In this document: positions 58,210 to 64,000 of the stretch, one piece after another
Layout: every line of letters starts with the position of its first letter
Position numbering within the stretch: the first letter of the stretch is position 1
Assembly (NCBI GenBank): GCA_963662655.2
Contig: CAXXTU010000002.1
Coordinates: forward strand, 1,568,001-1,632,000
DNA from: Candidatus Cloacimonadales bacterium
GTDB taxonomy: Bacteria; Cloacimonadota; Cloacimonadia; Cloacimonadales; JAIOQZ01
DNA: 64,000 bases
Direction: 5' to 3'
Made by a program: the position numbers and the translations under genes
Notes under the pieces: model-generated
Databases searched by the model: none
The model's input: only the letters and a program-made list of their open reading frames with translations
What the model was told of the DNA's origin: nothing

Positions 58210-59130
58210 TTACTTGTTCACCTTGAAGGTCACATCGCCCTTTTCAAAGAAGGCGACAATCTGGTTTGCAGCGGCAAGACCGGCATTGATGTTCGCTTCT
58301 TCTGTTTGCGCACCCATTTTCTTGGGCGTGAAGTAGCAGCGACCGGGGAATTTCTCGAGCATCTCGTCCGCCACGTTCGGTGCGATGTCGGAGGCATACT
58401 TGAAGTCTCCGCGCTTCTCCATGATCTTCAGCAGGTCTTCCTCGTTAACCACTTCCTTGCGGGCGGTATTCACGATGCAAGCGCCCTGCTTCATCATGCT
58501 CATAAGCTGGAAGTTCACCATGCCGCGAGTCGCTTCGATCAGAGGCAGATTCAGCGAGATATAATCGCAGGAAGAGTACAGCTCTTCAACCGTGGCAACC
58601 GGCTTCACACCGTCTTTTTCCATCACTTCCGGTTTTACGAACGGATCCAGCGCGCAAACGTCCATGTCGAATCCCTTTGCGATACGCGCAATATTCATCC
58701 CCACGTGACCGTACGCGTGGATACCGAGTCTCTTTCCTTTCAATTCCGTACCCGCTTTTCCGTTGAAAAGACCACGGGCAACGTAAACCATCATACCTAG
58801 CGCGAGTTCTGCAACCGCGTTCGAGTTCTGTCCCGGTGTGTTCATCACGGTTACACCCTTTTCGGTGGCTGCCGCGAGATCAACGTTGTCGTAACCTGCT
58901 CCCGCGCGCACAACAATCTTAAGGTTTTCTGCTGCGTCAATAACGTCCGCAGTCACTTTGTCACTGCGAATGATAACTGCGTCGACGTCCTTCACCGCAT
59001 TCAGCAGATCGGCTTTATCGGTGTATTTCTCAAGAAGTACAAGCTCGTATCCGGCTCCTTCGCATATCTCGCGAATACCGTTCACAGCTACCGGTGCAAA
59101 TGGCTTTTCGGTTGCAACTAATACTTTCAT
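58210..59130 (-). CDS. D-3-phosphoglycerate dehydrogenase-like (short type) 2-hydroxyacid dehydrogenase
   Basis: IIRSD, RAGAGYDNVD, NTPGQNSNAVAEL, GIHAYGHVG, NTAR, KKMGAQT (Lys in place of the catalytic His). Confidence 0.85.
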   Translation of the reverse strand: MKVLVATEKPFAPVAVNGIREICEGAGYELVLLEKYTDKADLLNAVKDVDAVIIRSDKVTADVIDAAENLKIVVRAGAGYDNVDLAAATEKGVTVMNTPGQNSNAVAELALGMMVYVARGLFNGKAGTELKGKRLGIHAYGHVGMNIARIAKGFDMDVCALDPFVKPEVMEKDGVKPVATVEELYSSCDYISLNLPLIEATRGMVNFQLMSMMKQGACIVNTARKEVVNEEDLLKIMEKRGDFKYASDIAPNVADEMLEKFPGRCYFTPKKMGAQTEEANINAGLAAANQIVAFFEKGDVTFKVNK

Positions 59131-59225
59131 GATTCCTCCATTTATCGTGTTTTGTGTTATTTCTCATGCCACGTCTTTTGTGGTCAAGTTTAATCCATAA
59201 CGAAAATTACAAAAATCATAAATCC

Positions 59226-59948
59226 TCAGGATTCAATCCACTGCGTAACGAGTTCAGGCAGAATTTCACCTGCTTTCCCCTGATGAAATTCGTCGATATA
59301 CCCGGCGTTCTGCGGTCGTTCGAGATTAATCCCAATCGTCATTGCGCCAACGCTTTTCGCGATCGCCAGGAACTGCGCGGCCGGATACACCACTCCGCTA
59401 GTGCCATCGACAATCAGATAATCGCAGCAGCGCAGGATATTTATAATCTCGTCCATTCGGTAAGGCATCTCGCCAAACCACACAATGTCCGGTCGCATGG
59501 CTGCCCCGCACCTTGCGCACACGGGAACGGCTTCGGCCAAATCAAGCTCGCCCGTCGCCTGGGGATTCCCGCAATTGCTGCAAAATGCTCGATGCAGCGA
59601 TCCGTGCATTTCCAAAACGCGATTGCTTCCGGCTGCCTGATGCAGTCCGTCCACATTTTGCGTGATGAGATGAAATTGATCGCCCGAAAACGCTTCCAGG
59701 CTCACAAGCGCATGATGCGCAGCGTTGGGCTTGCTGTCCAACGCGTTATCGTAACGGTATCGATAGAATCGCCAGACCATCGCCGGATCCCGACGGAAAG
59801 CCTCCGGTGTCGCCACATCCTCGAATCGATGCTGCTCCCAGAGACCGCCCCTGTCGCGGAAGGTCATGATGCCCGATTCAGCGCTGATCCCCGAGCCCGT
59901 AAGCACCGCGACTTGTTTATCTTTCCCGAACCTGAGGGATGTTCTCAA
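59226..59948 (-). CDS. cobB: NAD-dependent deacylase (sirtuin, CobB-like)
   Basis: LTGSGISAESGI.TFR, TQNVDGLH, HGS, two CxxC, RPDIVWFGE, GTSG.VYPAA; TTG start inferred from overlap with the upstream stop. Confidence 0.88.
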   Translation of the reverse strand: MRTSLRFGKDKQVAVLTGSGISAESGIMTFRDRGGLWEQHRFEDVATPEAFRRDPAMVWRFYRYRYDNALDSKPNAAHHALVSLEAFSGDQFHLITQNVDGLHQAAGSNRVLEMHGSLHRAFCSNCGNPQATGELDLAEAVPVCARCGAAMRPDIVWFGEMPYRMDEIINILRCCDYLIVDGTSGVVYPAAQFLAIAKSVGAMTIGINLERPQNAGYIDEFHQGKAGEILPELVTQWIES

Positions 59949-60679
59949 CAATCCACCTTCTGAATCGTGCGGAACGTAATCACCTCGGGGATTCCGGATG
60001 ATTTGAATTCTTCGTGCGAGCCGTCGAACACGATCTTGCCGGCATGCAGCATGACGACACGCTCGGCCACCTGCTCGATGCAATAGAGGTCGTGCGTAAT
60101 CACGATGGACGTGATTTCCAGCGTCTTGTTGAGCTTGTGGATCAGCCCCACGATATCCGTCGCGATGATGGGATCGAGTCCCGTTGTCGGTTCGTCGTAG
60201 ATGATGTATTTCGGTTCGCGGATGATAGCCCGGGCAAGTCCCACGCGTTTTTTCATGCCTCCGCTGAGTTCGGAAGGCATCTTGTCGTTGACATCCGGGA
60301 GCCCCACAAGCGTAAGCTTCTCCTGAACCAGCGCTTCGATCTCTTCGCTCGATAGCTTGCTGTGCTCGACCATGGGCAAAGCGACATTCTGAAACACGTT
60401 CATCGAGTCGAGCAGCGCTGCTCCCTGAAACAGCATGGAAAGCTTTTGCCTTACGCGCTTCTTCCCTCTACGATCGAGCGTGAACAGATTCTCCCCATCG
60501 ATCAGGATTTCACCTTCCCATGGATGGAACAATCCTTCGATCGTCTTCATGAGAACCGTCTTCCCGCTTCCGCTCGAACCCACAACCACGGTGGTCTCGT
60601 TCTCGCGTATATCCAGATCGATTCCATCGAGGACAACCTGATCGCCAAACCCGACCTTGAGGTTGCGAATCCGAATCAC
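59945..60679 (-). CDS. ABC ATP-binding protein (MlaF/Ttg2A-like)
   Basis: GSSGSGKT, LFQGAALLDSM, PSELSGGMKKRVGLARA, YDEPTTGLDPI. Confidence 0.88.
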   Translation of the reverse strand: MIRIRNLKVGFGDQVVLDGIDLDIRENETTVVVGSSGSGKTVLMKTIEGLFHPWEGEILIDGENLFTLDRRGKKRVRQKLSMLFQGAALLDSMNVFQNVALPMVEHSKLSSEEIEALVQEKLTLVGLPDVNDKMPSELSGGMKKRVGLARAIIREPKYIIYDEPTTGLDPIIATDIVGLIHKLNKTLEITSIVITHDLYCIEQVAERVVMLHAGKIVFDGSHEEFKSSGIPEVITFRTIQKVDC

Positions 60680-62340
60680 TTGAACGGTACTCCGGTCACC
60701 TTGATATCATCCAGCTCCCAGCTCGTTGCCTTGTCTTTGGCAGAGCAACGATACCGGAAAGCGATAAACACGTTCTTTCCACGGAAGCGGCTGATATCCA
60801 GATATCCCGAATGCTCCCACTCGTATTCGCCTTCTGAGAACTTCGCGGGAAGGTGATACCACTCGGTCGATTCAAGCTTCTCACCGGGGATGTATTCGCC
60901 ACTGATCATCACTTCAAGTCCTTCCATGATGTCGGTGTGGCTCTTTGCTGTCTCGAATTGCAGCGTGATCTTGCTATACGGCTCCAGATTCAGTGGCGGG
61001 GATATCAACCAGTCGTCGGAGGGTTCATCTCCACGGAATCCGCTGATTTTAATGAAATTGCGCCCACCGTATTCGGAATGATACCAGTTCTTGTTGCTGG
61101 CGACGCTTATGCGCTTCCAGTCGTGCTCGTTATCCTCAAAAGATTCTTCAAGAATGGTGACTTCACCCGGCTGAATGCCTCTTCCGTATAGTGGAAGGGT
61201 GGAAAGGAGATTGTCCCCGTAAAATATATCGAGCGAGTCCGCGTAAATCCTGTTTTCTTCCGGCATGAACCGCAAGTACAAGCCACGATTGAGCGCTCCG
61301 CCGTTGGGGTACATGATCATCCGGTCGGCAAAGGGCTTATCCTGCATGTGGGCCATCATGAAACCTTTCGGCGCCACGACCGTCACGGGCATCTCCAGAT
61401 TCCTGCCGCTTATGACGTAGAGCACCTCGGAGTAGGAGCTGTCCGTCGCGACATCGCCGAAGCGAATCTCGGGCATCGCCGGCATGATCCTCGGCTCCTT
61501 CGACGGTTCTCCCCAAATCATCTCCGCGTACTCGGGGTGATCCACAAACGGATTCCGGTTATGCTGGTACGTCTCGAATATCCCGTTGTTACGGGTTCTT
61601 TCGCGATCATCCACCGGATCGAGCGTATTCCACTCCAGCAGACTCGACAACCGGCCATAATACGGGCCGGATGTTCCGGTCTCATCCACGATCTCCAGAT
61701 CGGGGCTGTCATTTCCACCCTCGTAGCGAACCGCCATATAGAATATCATGCGTGCCACGTCGCCCTTGATCTCGTCGCGAGGCTCCCACGAATCGAAATC
61801 GGTGAAGGAGCCCTTCGCTTCCTCTTCGGGGTATCCTCCCCAATCAAAGTCCTTCGCGCCTTTCGCACCGTTGGTGGAACGGTCCACCGGACGCAGGTGA
61901 TGAATATCGGTGTAAGCCGTGTCCGACATCTCGGGGAATCCGTGGCTCTTCGCCCATATATGCTCACGATTCCAGGTATCCTCGATCGTGATTCCGTATT
62001 CGGCCATGTAATCGACTTTGTTGCCGTGGTCGGCGAATTTCTTGTTCTGCGAGCGTCCCGTGTAAAACAGGATCATGTTCTCCGGATTTTCGGGATCCTC
62101 GTCCAGGTCCATCATCATCTCGCCCACGCCGATTTCATCGCTGAAATACGGATACGCCGTATGATCCCTGATCAGACTGTGCAACCCGTGCTTGAGTTCA
62201 GCGCCCGTCATTCCTTCCACCGGAGCATAATACATCGTTACGACATCCACCGAGTCCTTTTCTCCCGCAGCTTGCGGGATGTTCGAGCATCCGCACAGCA
62301 CAAGGACGATTGTTAAAACAAAAAGTGCGTATTTTATCAT
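60676..62340 (-). CDS. endonuclease I family (Bsn/EndA-like) lipoprotein with C-terminal accessory domains
   Basis: Lipobox LCGC; WNREHIWAKSHG, TDIHHLRP, KGDVARM.FYMAVRY, NRNPFVDHPE. Confidence 0.88.
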   Translation of the reverse strand: MIKYALFVLTIVLVLCGCSNIPQAAGEKDSVDVVTMYYAPVEGMTGAELKHGLHSLIRDHTAYPYFSDEIGVGEMMMDLDEDPENPENMILFYTGRSQNKKFADHGNKVDYMAEYGITIEDTWNREHIWAKSHGFPEMSDTAYTDIHHLRPVDRSTNGAKGAKDFDWGGYPEEEAKGSFTDFDSWEPRDEIKGDVARMIFYMAVRYEGGNDSPDLEIVDETGTSGPYYGRLSSLLEWNTLDPVDDRERTRNNGIFETYQHNRNPFVDHPEYAEMIWGEPSKEPRIMPAMPEIRFGDVATDSSYSEVLYVISGRNLEMPVTVVAPKGFMMAHMQDKPFADRMIMYPNGGALNRGLYLRFMPEENRIYADSLDIFYGDNLLSTLPLYGRGIQPGEVTILEESFEDNEHDWKRISVASNKNWYHSEYGGRNFIKISGFRGDEPSDDWLISPPLNLEPYSKITLQFETAKSHTDIMEGLEVMISGEYIPGEKLESTEWYHLPAKFSEGEYEWEHSGYLDISRFRGKNVFIAFRYRCSAKDKATSWELDDIKVTGVPFK

Positions 62341-63149
62341 TGATCTCCCCTCTTCAATCGATCGGCGGTGTCTCGCATCCGCGTCAACCGATCGTGATCC
62401 AATGGATTTTCCCAATAGCCGTTCTCTTTCAGCCACGATCCGATGATGAAGCCATCGGCATATTCCCAGTATTCTTGCAGGTTGTCCGCCGTAATCCCCG
62501 AGCCGACCAGCACGGGAATATCGACCGCCTTCGCCACAGCGTCTATCTCGACCGCGTTCGCCGTCTCACCGGTCGCGGCTCCCGTGACGATCACACCGTC
62601 CGCGAGAAAGAATCTCGCTGCCTTGGCTGTCTCCACAATGTCCACGTCCGCCGTTATCGCGTGCGAGGAATGCTTCTTCTTGATGTCCGCAAAGACGGCT
62701 ATCCCTTCCGCGCCGATCGCTTTGCGATACCGCAGCAGCTCTCCGGCGCAGGCGTTCATCAACCCTTCGTCGGCCACGTGGGAAAACACAAATCCCTCCA
62801 CACGAATGAAGCTCAATCCCGCTGCAAGCGCGACGGCAATCGATTCCTTCCCGGCACCGGCAAGTATCTGAATCCCGCAGGGGATTTTTAACGTTTTAGC
62901 TACTTCGCAGGCAATCGCCGTCATCGCGGCGGTTATTTCCGGCCCTACCCGGCGGTTCATATATGGAACATCGTGCATGTTCTCCAGCATCACGGCATCG
63001 AAGCCGGCTTCCTCGATCATTCGCGCTTCCGCAACGGATTTTTCGATGATCTCGGACATGGAAAGCCTTTGCGCAGGCGTCCCCGGTAGCGCCGGCACGT
63101 GGACCATGCCAATCAGCGCTTTGGGAGGCAGTGAAAAAAGTGTGATCAT
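62337..63149 (-). CDS. BtpA/SgcQ family protein
   Basis: IGMVH..ALPG.P, EN.HD.PY, DIKKKH, ADGVIVTG..TG, VGSG. Confidence 0.9.
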   Translation of the reverse strand: MITLFSLPPKALIGMVHVPALPGTPAQRLSMSEIIEKSVAEARMIEEAGFDAVMLENMHDVPYMNRRVGPEITAAMTAIACEVAKTLKIPCGIQILAGAGKESIAVALAAGLSFIRVEGFVFSHVADEGLMNACAGELLRYRKAIGAEGIAVFADIKKKHSSHAITADVDIVETAKAARFFLADGVIVTGAATGETANAVEIDAVAKAVDIPVLVGSGITADNLQEYWEYADGFIIGSWLKENGYWENPLDHDRLTRMRDTADRLKRGDQ

Positions 63150-64000
63150 ACATGTTTCCTGTAATCGGGATTGACGACTTGCGGAGGGATAAAGCCCTCA
63201 ATGATGGCGATGGCGTTCTCCGCGCACATCAAGCCCATATTGTTTCTCGTATCGATTGTCGCGCTGCCTACGTGCGGCAGGAGAACGACGTTGTCCAGCT
63301 TCTCCAGCCCGGGATAGATATCTGGTTCATCTTCGTAGACGTCCAGACCCGCGGCTGCGATTTCGCCATCCTCGAGCGCGTGGTAAAGCGCCCGTTCGTC
63401 CACCACCGGTCCCCGTGCCGTGTTGATGAGGATCGCCGAGTTCTTCATTTTTACAAACTCTTTGATGCCGATCAAGTGGTTTGTCTGAGCAGTTAGCGGG
63501 ACGTGCAGACTCACGAAATCGGACATTTCCAGGAGAAGATCGAGCGGACAGAACTTCGCGTTGTAGTCCCGCTCGAGCAGAAAATTGGGCGAATTGCTGC
63601 AATAGATGATGTTCATGTCGAATCCAACAGCCCTCTTGGCCATCGCCGTGCCGATTCGCCCCGTCCCGACGATCCCCAGCGTCTTCCCGGTGATATCCGC
63701 TCCGAGAAAGAGAAGGGGCGACCATCCGTGGAACTTCCCCTCGCGGGTGAATCTATCGGCTTCCACAACGCGCCTCGCGCATGCGAACAGAAGCGCCCAG
63801 GCGACGTCCGCGGTGGCATCGGTGAGAACATCGGGGGTGTTGGTTACGGGAATGCTTTTCTGCGTGGCGTATGCGATATCGATGTTGTTGAATCCGACCG
63901 CGTAGTTCACGATCCCTTTCAGGTTGGGATTAGCGTCGATCACTTCGCGATCGATCTTTTCCGAAAGCATGCAGAGGAGAATATCGCACTCCTTCACGCC
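63146..64000 (-). CDS. D-glycerate dehydrogenase/glyoxylate reductase, 5' partial
   Basis: YAVGFNNID, NTPDVLTDATAD, GTGRIG, INTARG, GLDVYEDEP, PHVGSAT; frame runs off the window end. Confidence 0.9.
   Translation of the reverse strand, partial: GVKECDILLCMLSEKIDREVIDANPNLKGIVNYAVGFNNIDIAYATQKSIPVTNTPDVLTDATADVAWALLFACARRVVEADRFTREGKFHGWSPLLFLGADITGKTLGIVGTGRIGTAMAKRAVGFDMNIIYCSNSPNFLLERDYNAKFCPLDLLLEMSDFVSLHVPLTAQTNHLIGIKEFVKMKNSAILINTARGPVVDERALYHALEDGEIAAAGLDVYEDEPDIYPGLEKLDNVVLLPHVGSATIDTRNNMGLMCAENAIAIIEGFIPPQVVNPDYRKHV

Overview
Bacterial chromosomal window, mostly minus-strand genes. Four secreted proteins end in a 'YPNPFNP..T..' FlgD/T9SS-like C-terminal domain, which suggests Cloacimonadota or a related FCB lineage (inference). 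Core content: EF-G2-yebC-ruvC-ruvA-rsmB-PASTA; TetR-4Fe-4S-hcp-cupin-ferredoxin; tRNA-Phe(GAA); hypB; an MCP; a phnDCE-like ABC transporter with a HAD hydrolase and Na/Pi cotransporter; rnfCDGEAB; queC-ribD-TrmH; and an operon of D-2-hydroxyacid dehydrogenase, BtpA, endonuclease I, an ABC ATPase and CobB. Mobile content: an intact IS3-family element that truncates a Mu-like transposase (Mu-like repressor/Ner/MuA remnant), and an AT-rich GIY-YIG gene enclosed by inverted REP-like palindromes. The most striking unexplained signal is a family of seven dispersed intergenic hairpins of 133-219 nt (1313, 4415, 11112, 23650, 40156, 52341, 57891), plus one half-copy at about 51493. They share conserved motifs (CAGATTCGTTCGATC..GGTGTTYCAC..GTGGTATATCC..GATCGGGCGAAGATGC) separated by stems whose sequence changes but whose pairing is kept. 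All lie in one chromosomal orientation regardless of neighbouring genes, and four are followed by a 9-bp-period tail ending in TTCARAC. No CRISPR array or rRNA was seen.
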